From contig JBHGUY010000009.1 of assembly GCA_048976585.1 (NCBI GenBank), forward strand, positions 148-64,147: a stretch of 64,000 bases of DNA, given 5' to 3'. Position numbers and translations under genes: made by a program. The notes beneath the pieces are model-generated. The model did no database searches. It was not told the DNA's origin and was given only the letters and a program-made list of their open reading frames with translations. This DNA is from Sporolactobacillus sp. GTDB taxonomy: Bacteria > Bacillota > Bacilli > Bacillales > Sporolactobacillaceae. Below are positions 31,101 to 40,840 of this stretch, in pieces. Each line of letters opens with the position of its first letter. Within the stretch, counting starts at the first letter, position 1.

Positions 31101-32620
31101 TTCTTCTCTTTATGTTCCGTATGCTCGCGAATCTTGAGTTGTTCATAGAGACTAGGCAACAGCTGATCACGGGTCTGTTCGTTATAAACCATATTCCGGC
31201 CTTGCGTACTGAGACTATTCAGATGCGGCAGCCATTTGAGCCAGGCCCACTGGTCATACTCTTCCTGATCAAACAGCAGCACAATCCGCAAATCGTGATA
31301 GCTGTGGAAGAAGGCCAGTTGCAAAATAATCTGCTGCACCGCCGTGCGGATGATTGAGTGTTTGCCTGTCAAACCCAGCGGGCCATCGGTTAAGGCGATC
31401 GTCAGCGGCACGTCGCGAACCTGCCGGTAATGATCAACAATCGCTTTTGCTTCTACATAAAGCGCATCGAACGAACGATTGGACACTTCCTCTTCACTAG
31501 CCTCAATCTCATAATCCGCCGGCAGAGTCGTCGTTCCCAACCGGATATCCAGAAAGTCTTCCTCCTCGCGGCTTCTTTCCCAAATTCGCGGACTCAGCCC
31601 TTCTGCAAGCTCCTTCAGCGCGCTGCTGTCCGGAAATTGATAGCGCAGGACGAAGCGTTGCCGCTCGTATAGCGTGTTCAATTCTTCCCGTTTCTCGGCC
31701 AGATAATGGGTATAGTTCGTCTGCCGTTCCTTCAGGCGTTCCTTCAATTGACGCGACTCATGAAAATACTGAAAGGTCGAGGTCACAATCGTCGTCAGAA
31801 ACATGACAATCGACAGCAGCATGTAAATGCCGCTTGGCTGGACAATCAGCACAATGCCCATTACGATCAGCATCAAAAGGGGTGGCAACAGCGTCACCCA
31901 GAGATTGCGATTACCGCCCTTGTCCGGATTGGTTGGCCAGGAAAATTTGACTTTTTCTCTTGGCCGCTCATAGATCAGGCGGGGCATCCGCTGATAATCC
32001 GGATAACGATCAGCTAAGATGGTTCGTGGATTTTTCGCCGGGAAAAGAGCCGTGTGAAAGGCACTCGTTGTTCGAACAATCAACAAATCCTCAGATTGCA
32101 GCGTCCATTCACTGAGCGCCCAGCTCAGAACATCGCCGAGCGCAACCTGCGTTCGACTGCGAATGCGTCCCCCATTTAGATAAACCTGATTTCCCTCCTC
32201 GGCAAGCAGATACCAGTTCCCGCCCTCGCGCGTTAAAAGAAAACCAGGCGGCGTATTCGCTTCAGAAAATGAAAAGTCGGCTGTTTCCCCGCCAATGGTG
32301 ATTTGTTTCTTCTGACCAATATAAAAGCCCTGCGGCCGATCAGGGATAGAAAGGCCTTCGAGGATCAAAGTCAGTCGCGGCTTGTCTGAGCTCGGAAAAG
32401 TCACTGCCTTTCTTTCGGGCAAATCAAACCTTTGATCACCATTTTGACCCACCCATTTTTTCTGAGCCGTTTCCCACTTCAGATGAATTTTCTCTTCCAT
32501 TTGCACAGGTACCGTGAGCGTATCGCTTAAAGTCTGACCAATCTGAAGATCTCTTTTATGAAAAGTTGCAAGATCAATGACTTGCACAAAGTCTTCTGTA
32601 TATAGCCACAGCTTTTCCAT
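28145..32620 (-). CDS. essC: T7SSb FtsK/SpoIIIE ATPase EssC/YukB
   Basis: N-terminal FHA-like region, 2 TM, Walker A motifs GTTGSGKS, GASGFGKT and GDPKKGKT; 1491 aa. Confidence 0.95.
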   Translation of the reverse strand: MEKLWLYTEDFVQVIDLATFHKRDLQIGQTLSDTLTVPVQMEEKIHLKWETAQKKWVGQNGDQRFDLPERKAVTFPSSDKPRLTLILEGLSIPDRPQGFYIGQKKQITIGGETADFSFSEANTPPGFLLTREGGNWYLLAEEGNQVYLNGGRIRSRTQVALGDVLSWALSEWTLQSEDLLIVRTTSAFHTALFPAKNPRTILADRYPDYQRMPRLIYERPREKVKFSWPTNPDKGGNRNLWVTLLPPLLMLIVMGIVLIVQPSGIYMLLSIVMFLTTIVTSTFQYFHESRQLKERLKERQTNYTHYLAEKREELNTLYERQRFVLRYQFPDSSALKELAEGLSPRIWERSREEEDFLDIRLGTTTLPADYEIEASEEEVSNRSFDALYVEAKAIVDHYRQVRDVPLTIALTDGPLGLTGKHSIIRTAVQQIILQLAFFHSYHDLRIVLLFDQEEYDQWAWLKWLPHLNSLSTQGRNMVYNEQTRDQLLPSLYEQLKIREHTEHKEKKLFLPHLLFIVASDQLIHEHEIAEFLNKDYTEIGVSSIFLANTKDNLNENVQTVVRYVNANAGDVLILKQVANGQRFQIDPFVNAGNEWFARRLASLKHRSSFSNSIPENVTFMEMMHAEDADELDIERRWSEHDPIQSLAVPIGLRSRNDVLELNLHEKAHGPHGLLAGTTGSGKSELLQSYILSLAVNFHPHDVAFLLIDFKGGGMAQLFEKLPHLLGTMTNINDEKNFSDRALAAVKSESRRRQLLFSKYGINHIDDYQLLHRQGKVSEPMPHLFIISDEFAELKKEEPDFIRELVTTARIGRSLGIHLILATQKPAGVVDDQIRSNSRFKIALRVQDSADSNDILGNGDAASLKQVGRGYLQVGNNEIYELFQSAWSGAPYEKTIYTSEDDVYAVEDTGLYPISEAHAKKKVQAKKISELEQIVQTIADICQRNGVERLPSPWVAPLPIHQVRPVAKEREKDAFLLGLADHPEKQMQTPVYLSLKKSKNIAIFGASGFGKTTTLSSYLLEAAASYSADEVQFYLFDFGSGGLLSLRRLHHTGDYFRIDEKEKISKFSKWLNLEIQRRKDLFRRSGVPNIELYNEQESEKLPYLKIAVDNFEALREEQADALEEAFVRWAREGGSLGLQFILTVSRANGIRPNLLTSLPIRLSHYMVDQTEFYSIFSGSVKKTVEAIPGRALIKTEDLESIQIYLPFEAKTAGEQLTKWLEAVDACNADHPVSSTLYHIPMLPEQLDAAEFLENEALLADTLYLGLDEESVEPIGIECRQLGSFIIIGDPKKGKTNAVRFIIDQLQRFNHASLAISDSEELVFAKDAEKNNWTYLDDGTAIELYADQIEAVFSAREREIKEKMLDDDLPRAELAAAYPAYYLLIDSLDAFIRKAGTMQNRIIQLMKRYSSIGFHVIAAGNALEWKGYDPLITELKTVKDGLLLIKKTDQSVFTLPFVSKERELAIGFGYLLHQGQDRRLMIPRAKRVLIKTG

Positions 32621-32680
32621 TTTTTTCTCCTCCTGTAGAGGCTGCTATTGAGGCACGAATTCTTCCGTACGTCTTTGAGA

Positions 32681-34024
32681 CTACTTCCCGGAAGACTGAT
32701 CCGACCCGCCCTTTTTCTGAGATTTATCGCTCTTTTTTGGCGAAGTTCCGCCGGATTGTCCATTAGGCGTGGAACTTGAAGAAGCGTCACTCGACTCTAC
32801 AGACTGCCCACTTGTGCCGGTATCCGTTGTCGTACTCTCACCGCTTGTCCCGCTGGCAGGTGCCGTTTTTTGCTGCTTCAGTAAATCTCTATATTGCTTC
32901 AGCTGTCCATCAATGCGCTGCAGCCGTGCTTGTTTCTGAGCACCATTCATTTTGAGATTATTCTGGATCGCCGACTGCTCATTCAGCAGCGCATAAGCGA
33001 TCAGCATCCGATCATTGAGCGAGCGGGCTGTATTCAGTGCCCCCGCCGCATCGCCTCTCCCAGTCTGAATCCAGTATTGATAGTAGAGCGGGTTGCTTTG
33101 CAGCGTCACATCTTTTAAAATATTGGCTTTCTGCGTCTCATTGAGGTTCTGATTTTCAACGAAGGAAACAGCTAGTTCATATTGCACAACTCGGGGCATC
33201 CGATTAAATGAAATTGGACTCAGCGTGGTCACAACATTACTGTATTGATTCCCCAGAAAGTTTTCATGAGCACTCTCAAATAGATCTTCCCGCGGCAGCT
33301 GAATCACATAGGCATAAATGGTCACCGCGATCAGCGGCACCAGCAAAACAAGGCTGCAGATAAAGAGCACTTTACGGATAAAATTCTTTTTCCTAGGTAC
33401 CCGAATGCTTTGTTTCTCAGCAGTCACTTCATTTTGCCGTCTTTTGGCGATCAGCCTGGCAAGGGTCTGAAAATCTTTACAATTGAAGATCTTTTTTATA
33501 AAAGGTGTCGTTTTTGCCACGAAATCAAATTTGGCATATGTATCAAATGTTTCAGAAGGATCAAGCAGCGAAGCAATGACCGCCTTCACATGCTTCAACG
33601 GCTCTCCCTCCGCAGATTCAAGCGGCGGGAGGCTGCCCTTGACCCCATAATGTAGGAATACCGGTGCAAATCCTGGTGAAACAAAAAGATTTTCAGGGAA
33701 ACAAACCGGAACCAGTCGTGATTGCGGATAGTGTTCAAAGAAATGAACCAAGTTACTGGCAAAAATCAATTTTTCTATTTCTGTCTCCGCTTTCAAATCC
33801 TCAAAGGGTTTGAGATCCGGGGCAGGCACGATCTGGATCGTCACCTCATCCTCTGTTGTTTGAATCGTACGTGTCATCCCATCTGCCATGCTGCTCAACG
33901 CACCGAGCTCTGCATCTGCTCGTAAAGGAATCTTTACCCGCTGAAAGGTTAATAGATACTGTCCTTCGTTTTCTTCAACCTCAGCGTCGAAAGCTGTCTG
34001 AAAAAAGCTCTGCGTTAATGCCAT
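32681..34024 (-). CDS. essB: T7SSb component EssB/YukC
   Basis: PENL..HYGVKGSLPP pseudokinase-like region, single TM, YELAVS.V..QNL. Start 34024 (SD GAGGTG). Confidence 0.9.
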   Translation of the reverse strand: MALTQSFFQTAFDAEVEENEGQYLLTFQRVKIPLRADAELGALSSMADGMTRTIQTTEDEVTIQIVPAPDLKPFEDLKAETEIEKLIFASNLVHFFEHYPQSRLVPVCFPENLFVSPGFAPVFLHYGVKGSLPPLESAEGEPLKHVKAVIASLLDPSETFDTYAKFDFVAKTTPFIKKIFNCKDFQTLARLIAKRRQNEVTAEKQSIRVPRKKNFIRKVLFICSLVLLVPLIAVTIYAYVIQLPREDLFESAHENFLGNQYSNVVTTLSPISFNRMPRVVQYELAVSFVENQNLNETQKANILKDVTLQSNPLYYQYWIQTGRGDAAGALNTARSLNDRMLIAYALLNEQSAIQNNLKMNGAQKQARLQRIDGQLKQYRDLLKQQKTAPASGTSGESTTTDTGTSGQSVESSDASSSSTPNGQSGGTSPKKSDKSQKKGGSDQSSGK

Positions 34025-34034
34025 CTTCTTCACC

Positions 34035-34274
34035 TCATAAGACAATCAGCTTGTCTCCGTCTGTAATCTTTTTTTCACTCAGCACGTCAAAGCCGCGGAT
34101 CATTTCCCGCTTATTCGCCACGCGTACCCAATAACCGATACGCGGCTGCCGATCGATTCCGGCAATCGTCCAGACGGTTTGTATTAACTGCTTGACCGGC
34201 TGCCGATCCGAAACGCGCAAATCGAGAGTCTCTCGATTGTAGCGGGATAAATCCAGCGACAAATTAATATACAT
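34035..34274 (-). CDS. esaB: T7SSb ubiquitin-like EsaB/YukD
   Basis: MYINLSLDL, ITDGDKLIVL; position before essB; SD GGAGGAG. Confidence 0.88.
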   Translation of the reverse strand: MYINLSLDLSRYNRETLDLRVSDRQPVKQLIQTVWTIAGIDRQPRIGYWVRVANKREMIRGFDVLSEKKITDGDKLIVL

Positions 34275-34425
34275 TAATGACTCCTCCCCCACTGCCTGAA
34301 TAGTCCCTTATTCAACGAAAAGCTCCGTCCAAATCCATCAATTATTGTGCCGATTAAGGGCACGATATAAAATTATGTCCAAAAATTATCCAATCGCTGG
34401 CAACTGGATAAACATTCCTTTTTTG

Positions 34426-34523
34426 TATTATAGAATGATGTGACGATTTATTGAATACAACGATCCTCCTGATTTTCTTACCAAATCTTCGTAAATTCGG
34501 CCATTATCGACAAAATACGACAA
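34426..34523 (-). promoter_or_regulatory. Putative promoter of the esaB-essA operon
   Basis: TATAAT at 34426-34431, weak -35, tandem TGTCG(A/T) repeats at 34507-34512 and 34517-34522. Confidence 0.5.
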
Positions 34524-34777
34524 ATTACAACTGTGACTTTTCTCCCATACGTACTTTTTAATACATCTTTTTGAAATAAATTCATAGCGGAAAGAGAGAA
34601 CCAGGTTCCCAAAAATGGTGAGAAAGGTTGATTAATAGATTCTGGAAAATAAATAGGGGCTATGGGTTTGATGAGGAATATTCAAGACGGCGGACTTTGT
34701 GTGAAGCTGGAAGAAATAGCAGTGAATTGACAACTGGAAGGGTGGAGGCACTGCTCGCGGAAACGCGAATAACCTCT

Positions 34778-35257
34778 TCATCTCTGAACGGGCTCAGTTA
34801 AGATAGGCAGATGAATTTCGGCAATCCAATCGCCGTAAACAGGAACCATCACATGATAGAAGGTATTTCCCGGACGGAGTTTCAACTTATCCGCAGAAGC
34901 CTTCAACTCGCGATAGGTCGCTGAGAACGGCTTGTTCATTTGATAATGACGCATAGCCAGAGTTTGATCGATCATAAACGATTTCTGATAGTTGCATTGG
35001 GCTTTTTCTGCGTTTTCAAAATCCGCATTCAGGGAATAATAGAAAGTGAAAAGTCGGTCATCCTTCGAGCCCTGAGCCTCGTCGATGGTCATAATCAGCG
35101 GACTGACTGGGCAAAGGCCGTGTTTAAGTGCTGTGTATTTTAATTCAAGCGCTCTCTCCAGCCACAATTCCTTAGGAAGCGTTTCTGCGCGGCTGAGTAC
35201 ATGGAAACAGATTAATGAACTTTCCCGGATCACATCATCATTCTTCGCCATTTGCAT
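34778..35257 (-). CDS. DUF5085-like (GyrI-like) protein, paralog 3
   Basis: Shares G..P..P, RHY and FYHV...YGD...EIH pattern with its two neighbours. Confidence 0.6.
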   Translation of the reverse strand: MQMAKNDDVIRESSLICFHVLSRAETLPKELWLERALELKYTALKHGLCPVSPLIMTIDEAQGSKDDRLFTFYYSLNADFENAEKAQCNYQKSFMIDQTLAMRHYQMNKPFSATYRELKASADKLKLRPGNTFYHVMVPVYGDWIAEIHLPILTEPVQR

Positions 35258-35693
35258 CCTGAACCCCTACCTTCAGCTCCACATATTGGAAATCACGTGT
35301 TCCTTTAAAGAAATGAAATATCGGCGAAGCCATCTCCAAGCGGTTGACGCGCATAAAAAGCAATAATTCGGCATAGGATTTTTCAGTCAGCTGAGCGAAT
35401 TGGCCAGTGAGAAAGGTCATAAGCATATTGCTTACTGTGAAATAGCTGCGGAAAATCAACCCCTCATGCTTCGGAATGTCCATTTCTTCTATTGCCATAA
35501 AATATTCAAGAGCCATATCCCCGTTGATCGGAACATTGTTCAACGAGTAAAAAAAGGTCCCAGTAGGCGTCAGCTTCATCAGACTAATCTCCTGGAAAAA
35601 ATCCTCCATGGCTTCCGCAAATTTGGAGTAATGGATGAAATAGCGTCGTGAAACAACATTCCGCAATTCTATCGAATCATTTTCGATAATCAT
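35238..35693 (-). CDS. DUF5085-like protein, paralog 2
   Basis: MIIENDSIELRNVVSRRY...GTFFYSLNNVP resembles the DUF5085 family as recalled. Confidence 0.65.
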   Translation of the reverse strand: MIIENDSIELRNVVSRRYFIHYSKFAEAMEDFFQEISLMKLTPTGTFFYSLNNVPINGDMALEYFMAIEEMDIPKHEGLIFRSYFTVSNMLMTFLTGQFAQLTEKSYAELLLFMRVNRLEMASPIFHFFKGTRDFQYVELKVGVQDANGEE

Positions 35694-36151
35694 TGTTCAG
35701 CGCCTCCGGTGATCAGGGCATGAATATCAAAATAGATATCTCCATTGATCTCAAGACAGACATGATAAAAGGGTTCAGCAATGGTTAATCGTTGCTGTTC
35801 GGCAAAATCATTGATTTCTTGATACGATTGTTCAAGCGGTATCGATTCCTCATAATGACGTTTCCATAAAGTATGAGGCAGATGCAGCGATTCTTGAAAT
35901 TGGAGCGAATCCTCGCTTATTTCCACTGGCGAACTGAGCGGAAGCAGCAAGGTATATTTTTTGAAAGCCGGTTCATTTTTCACATCCTGAATCATCAAAA
36001 CGAGTGGACCATTCGGATAAACGCCGCCCTCCAGAGCCACCTGTCTCAGCGCTTCGCCTTCTTCATACCACTTGTCACCGGAACAAATCACCGACCGGCT
36101 CAATAAATTTAATAAGACCAGCGAACCCTGCTGTACTTCCACTTTAAGCAC
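35690..36151 (-). CDS. DUF5085-like protein, paralog 1
   Basis: NLLSR, GGVYPNGPLV, KRHY, PFYHV...NGD..FDIH; GTG start; own TATAAT at 36174-36179. Confidence 0.6.
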   Translation of the reverse strand: MLKVEVQQGSLVLLNLLSRSVICSGDKWYEEGEALRQVALEGGVYPNGPLVLMIQDVKNEPAFKKYTLLLPLSSPVEISEDSLQFQESLHLPHTLWKRHYEESIPLEQSYQEINDFAEQQRLTIAEPFYHVCLEINGDIYFDIHALITGGAEQ

Positions 36152-36458
36152 CTCTTCGCCTTTTAATGAGCCGATTATATCAAACTAGTGAGGCTTACAA
36201 AAATATTTTATCATATTTTATGAAAACCTTCCCTAATAATACTTTTTGAGGCATCACAAGGTTTCAAGGCTGCCTCATTCTGCCCTGAAATTCTTGTTCA
36301 ATCGATTGTTACGACCCTATGTAACATCTATTAAGATTTTAACCCATCATTCTAAAGATAATAAACCTCTTCAGGAATATTACTGACAGCAAGAGATTAA
36401 TCCCCTGTTGGATCTTTTCACAATAACATTTTCTCTTTAGGAGTACTTTTCCTTGCAG

Positions 36459-37200
36459 CTATTCTAATGGATTAAAAGATTCAAACCGGCATTTACAATA
36501 AAAAGTGATCAGACCTATGGGTAAAATCAAGCCATAAAAAACGCATAAAAAAAATAGTGCAATGACAAACATAATAAGAGCTTGCATCTTGAGACCGACA
36601 GATTGCGCCAGAAACTTGCCTCCAATGGCTCCTATCAGTGCAAAAAAACCTATCCCAATAGCTACTTTGTTATTGCCTCCACTATCTCCTGATTTTCCAA
36701 AGAGCCTTCTCATCTTTTCTAAAAGCTCCCCTATTCAGTCTGTAATTTATGAAAAGAAGTCCCAGGAGCAGAATAAACAGACTCATCACGGTTATAAACA
36801 GCAATATCGCTCCCAGTGACAATGAGGGAAAGGCGAATTTGCTGATCAACATCCCCAAAAATGAAAAATCATATCCGGTGATATAGACAGTTATGAGATA
36901 TATCACAAATAATACCCTTTGCAATTGAATCCTTAATCGTTTAAATAAAAATAGAAGGGCTGAAAACAAAAGGATAATCGAACTCGCCCACTGGCAGTAA
37001 AAAAACCATCCCCATTGATGCATTAATGCTGCGGAAAAACCCAACCAAGCCATGGCATAGCTTATGGCTGCAGAGACCAAAGAACAGATGAAAAAACCAA
37101 AGAACAATGAATAGATTCGATAAGGGCTCAATCCCCCTGTTTGAATCCCTTTCCGCAATCATTCAAAATCTGCTTCGTTTAACCTTCGTAGATTTAACAT
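36459..37200 (-). pseudogene. Decayed multi-pass membrane immunity-like paralog (array member 6)
   Basis: GGAGG-ATG at 37200, TGA at codon 14, frameshift at ~36705; retains DF..L..G...G.L.P, FRK and YCKCRFESF family motifs. Confidence 0.8.
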
Positions 37201-37323
37201 TTTTTCCTCCACAGACCAGTTCCTTCGTTTCAAATTCGACATTACCCTTTCTACGCCACTTGAAATTCATCTTAAATGTCCTAAACCTAAAAAGGCATTT
37301 TCGCTTAAATCTTTTCAGCCCAT

Positions 37324-38088
37324 TCACAAATCGGAAAGATCGAATGATTCTTCTTCTCTTACTGCATTAAACGATTTAAAACGAAATTTGCAGTAAATGA
37401 TATACAAATATTCAATGATTCCGACTCCAAATAAAAAAAGAGAAACAACAAAACCGACAATGACGATTAAAACTGTTGAGGCATCTTGTCCCCAATATTT
37501 TGAAGCAATAATAGAGAGTAGTACTCCTGCAGCTGAGAATGGTAGAATTGCTGAGAAACGACTCATGCCCTCACTGTATTGCTTATGAAAGAACCCTCTT
37601 CCTTCTTTCCTAAATTCTCCTTTTTTCAGCAGAAAATAACTTCTGATTAAGGAAAGAACGAAAATCAACAAGTTGATTATCATATACAAGAGGATTACAA
37701 GATTAAACGGAAGATTCGCGTACGAATATTTCCACGCAAACAAAGTCGCACACGACAAATCGATTGCTAATTCGATAAAAGAAAGAATCAGTAAAACAAG
37801 ACCGCTTTTCTGGAAAGTAACACTGACCTTTTTTAATAGAAAGGGCAGTGAGACAATGGCCAGAGCAAGCAGACTATACCATTGCCCATAAATTAGTGAG
37901 ATCCAGCTCTTGTAAAAGGAACCATGAGCTACGATTGCAGCTTGCTGACCACAATAGATAAATAGAGCACTAATTAAATCCACTACCAGAAGAAATTTGC
38001 CCACTCGACTCGGATTTAACCTGCCAGATATTAATCCTTTTTTGAACATTGCGAAATCAGATTCTTGAAATTTATCAAGTAAAGTCAT
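37324..38088 (-). CDS. Multi-pass membrane putative LXG-toxin immunity protein (member 5, subfamily B)
   Basis: 254 aa; close paralog of 38149..38913. Confidence 0.75.
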   Translation of the reverse strand: MTLLDKFQESDFAMFKKGLISGRLNPSRVGKFLLVVDLISALFIYCGQQAAIVAHGSFYKSWISLIYGQWYSLLALAIVSLPFLLKKVSVTFQKSGLVLLILSFIELAIDLSCATLFAWKYSYANLPFNLVILLYMIINLLIFVLSLIRSYFLLKKGEFRKEGRGFFHKQYSEGMSRFSAILPFSAAGVLLSIIASKYWGQDASTVLIVIVGFVVSLFLFGVGIIEYLYIIYCKFRFKSFNAVREEESFDLSDL

Positions 38089-38148
38089 GAAGATTCCTCG
38101 ATTTTAATTATGTTTTAACAAAACACCGCTTAAATTTTTTCAGCCCAT

Positions 38149-38913
38149 TCACAAATCGGACAGATCGAATGATTGCTCTTCTTTTACCGCATTAAACGAT
38201 TTAAAACGAAATTTGCAGTAAATGACAAACAAAAATTCTATGATCCCGACCCCGAATACAACAAGAGAACCAATAAAGCCAGCAATGACAACTAGAATTG
38301 TTAAGGCATCCTGTCCCCAATATTTTGAAGCAATAATAGAGAGTAGCACACCTCCTGCTGAAAATGGAAGGATCGCCGAAAACCTACTTATTCCCTCACT
38401 GTATTGCTTATGAAAGAACCCTCTTCCCTCTTTCCTAAATTCTCCCTTTTTAAGCAAAAAATAACTTCTAATTAACGAAAGTACAAAAGTCAGTACGATG
38501 ATTAGCATATACAAAAAGAATAAGAAATTAAACGGGAGAGCAGCATTCTCATCTCTCCAGACAAACAAAGTCGCATAGGATAAACTAACCATCAATTCAC
38601 TATAAGACAGGATAAGTAAAACAAGACTGCTTTTCTGGAAAGTAACACTGACCTTTTTTAATAGAAAGAGCAGTGAGACGATGGCCAGGGCGAGCAAACT
38701 ATACCATTGCCCATTAATTAGTGAAATCCAGCTCTGATAAAATGAACCGTGAATCGAAGTTAAAGCCAGTTGCTCACCAAAAATGAACAGAGCACTGCCC
38801 AAATCCACTCCCAGAAGAAATTTTCCCAAACGAACCGGATTTAACCTGCCCGATACTAATCCATTTTTGAACATTGCGAAATCAGATTCTTGAAATTTAT
38901 CAAATAAAGTCAT
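38149..38913 (-). CDS. Multi-pass membrane putative LXG-toxin immunity protein (member 4, subfamily B)
   Basis: MTLFDKFQESDFAMFK..GRLNP, KKGEFRKEGRGFF, YCKFRFKSF. Confidence 0.75.
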   Translation of the reverse strand: MTLFDKFQESDFAMFKNGLVSGRLNPVRLGKFLLGVDLGSALFIFGEQLALTSIHGSFYQSWISLINGQWYSLLALAIVSLLFLLKKVSVTFQKSSLVLLILSYSELMVSLSYATLFVWRDENAALPFNFLFFLYMLIIVLTFVLSLIRSYFLLKKGEFRKEGRGFFHKQYSEGISRFSAILPFSAGGVLLSIIASKYWGQDALTILVVIAGFIGSLVVFGVGIIEFLFVIYCKFRFKSFNAVKEEQSFDLSDL

Positions 38914-39080
38914 GCAGCCACCCCGTAGCGATTAACCCTGGTTTGTGCTTCCATTTTTAACATCTAGAGTCACATTTTTACTTATTTTACTGAATCATGC
39001 AAGATTGACAGATAGCTATATTAATTATAGATGCGAAATTCTTTTGCAAAGTGTGTCTCTCATTTTCTCATTTATCATAC

Positions 39081-39914
39081 TTAACTTTTTTTCTTCTTCG
39101 CTTCTCTCTTCATTTTATCCCGCTCTTTTTCCCAATTAAGATGAGCTTGCTCTGCTTTTTTATCCTTAGCGTCAATAATTATCTGTTGCTCAGGAGTTAG
39201 TCTGAACTCGGGAAAGCGCAACTGACAATAGAGAAAGCTAAAAGAAGAAGGTGCGACAAGGTAATCTAAAAGAAGTGTCATAATTAATAAGGCGACCCAA
39301 ATCGTAATTAAAGTTACCGTATTATTGGCAAATCTCGGAATAATGAAGCCCAGAGCCACAGCTGCACCAATAATACTTGAGCCAAAAAGAGGAATTGCTG
39401 TTCCTTTGCCCTGACCTAAATGATTTGAATCTCGGTAGATCCCTTTTTTTGCACGAACGAGAAAACGAACAATGGCAGAAAGAAGAATAGACAGCGCAAA
39501 TAAAAAATAGATCAGCAGAAATAAATAATAATTCAGTGTCGAAATACAAATTTTTGTATAAATCAGGAAAACTACCGCGAAATCAAAACACATTTTTGGC
39601 AAGCAAATAAAGGCAGTGAGCAGGACTGTCCTCTGCAGATGAAAACTAACTTTTCTTATAAAAAATAAAAAGGCTAATACAAAAAAAATAGTTGAAACGC
39701 TCCCGTCAGGAATAAGTAAGGGTAAAAGCCAGTCATGAAATGATTGTCCAATCGAAAATGAGCCAAAGAATGACGCTATGAGTAAACCCATCGATATTAC
39801 AGGACAAATGTAAATTAACCTGCTCAAATTTATTAGATTAAAGTCACCATGACGAATACTTTCCAGAAAAAAAGCAAAATCTCTATAATTCAGTTCATTC
39901 AATTTTTTCATCAT
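39081..39914 (-). CDS. Multi-pass membrane putative LXG-toxin immunity protein (member 3, subfamily A)
   Basis: 277 aa; long identical blocks shared with 41059..41895. Confidence 0.75.
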   Translation of the reverse strand: MMKKLNELNYRDFAFFLESIRHGDFNLINLSRLIYICPVISMGLLIASFFGSFSIGQSFHDWLLPLLIPDGSVSTIFFVLAFLFFIRKVSFHLQRTVLLTAFICLPKMCFDFAVVFLIYTKICISTLNYYLFLLIYFLFALSILLSAIVRFLVRAKKGIYRDSNHLGQGKGTAIPLFGSSIIGAAVALGFIIPRFANNTVTLITIWVALLIMTLLLDYLVAPSSFSFLYCQLRFPEFRLTPEQQIIIDAKDKKAEQAHLNWEKERDKMKREAKKKKS

Positions 39915-40025
39915 TCATTCTTATGACCTTGTTTTTCCTTCCACTGACGAGCTTTTTTATTTTACAATCATCCTTTTACAGAATGTACCTCACATTTTAC
40001 TGAACCTTCTTCAGTTCTACAATGC

Positions 40026-40840
40026 TTATCTTTTCTTCTTTTTTCTCTCCCTCTCTCTTTCCCAGTTAAGGTGAGCTTGCTCATTTCTTTTATCTTCAGC
40101 ATCAAGAGCTGCCTGCTGATCAGCGGTTAACCTGAACTCAGGAAAGCGCAACTGACAGTACATAAAAATAAAAGGATTTGGAGCAAGAAGCAAATTTGAA
40201 ATATAAGAAAGAAATAATGTCCCACTCCACGCAACAATTAAGATAATTGTACTCCCAGAATGCCTGTCGATTATAAAACCTAAAGCTACTCCCAAAACAA
40301 TCAATCCAGAGCCCAATAAGGAGATATTACTTGTTTTTGCAACATTCCTTTGTTTTCCGTGTAACCGATATAATCCTTAGCGTACATTATGGAAGGTCCG
40401 GCTGAGGGAATATATCAGCACAGCCAAGGATAGTGCACAATAAACTATCAATAATAAATAGTAGGGAACAGATGGAAAATTGATTTTTGTATAAATCAAA
40501 AAAAGACCGCTAAATCGAAACTCATTTTCAACGGTGCTATAGATGCCACCGTAAGTTCTGTTTTTTGGAATCGAAAGCTCATAGAGTTTATGGAAAACAA
40601 AATTGACATAATCAGAAAAATGATTGAAATCGATCCGTCCGCGTAAAGAAAAGGAACAAAAGTCTGATGAAAAGATTGCCCTACAGTAAGAGATCCCAAA
40701 TAAGCCATTCCAAGAGCAAGCAAGGAAATAACAGAATAAATATAAAGGCCCTTCCCCATTCTTGTGGGATTTAAATCACCCATCCGATATCTCTTAAGGT
40801 AATAAGAAAAATCTTCCTGAGAAATATGACTCCTAATCAA
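40026..40840 (-). pseudogene. Decayed multi-pass membrane immunity-like paralog (member 2, subfamily A)
   Basis: Frameshift in a T7 run (40498-40504) and in-frame TAA at 40377-40379; both halves align with members 1 and 3. Confidence 0.85.

Noticed and set aside
27368-31672. Antisense ORFs over esaA and essC (e.g. 27368..27811, 29678..30274)
   Set aside because: These are shadows of long conserved genes in GC-rich sequence, with no motifs or SDs.
37107-37370. Short ORFs between array members as orphan toxin tips
   Set aside because: They show no similarity to the toxin C-terminus and are mostly antisense shadows.
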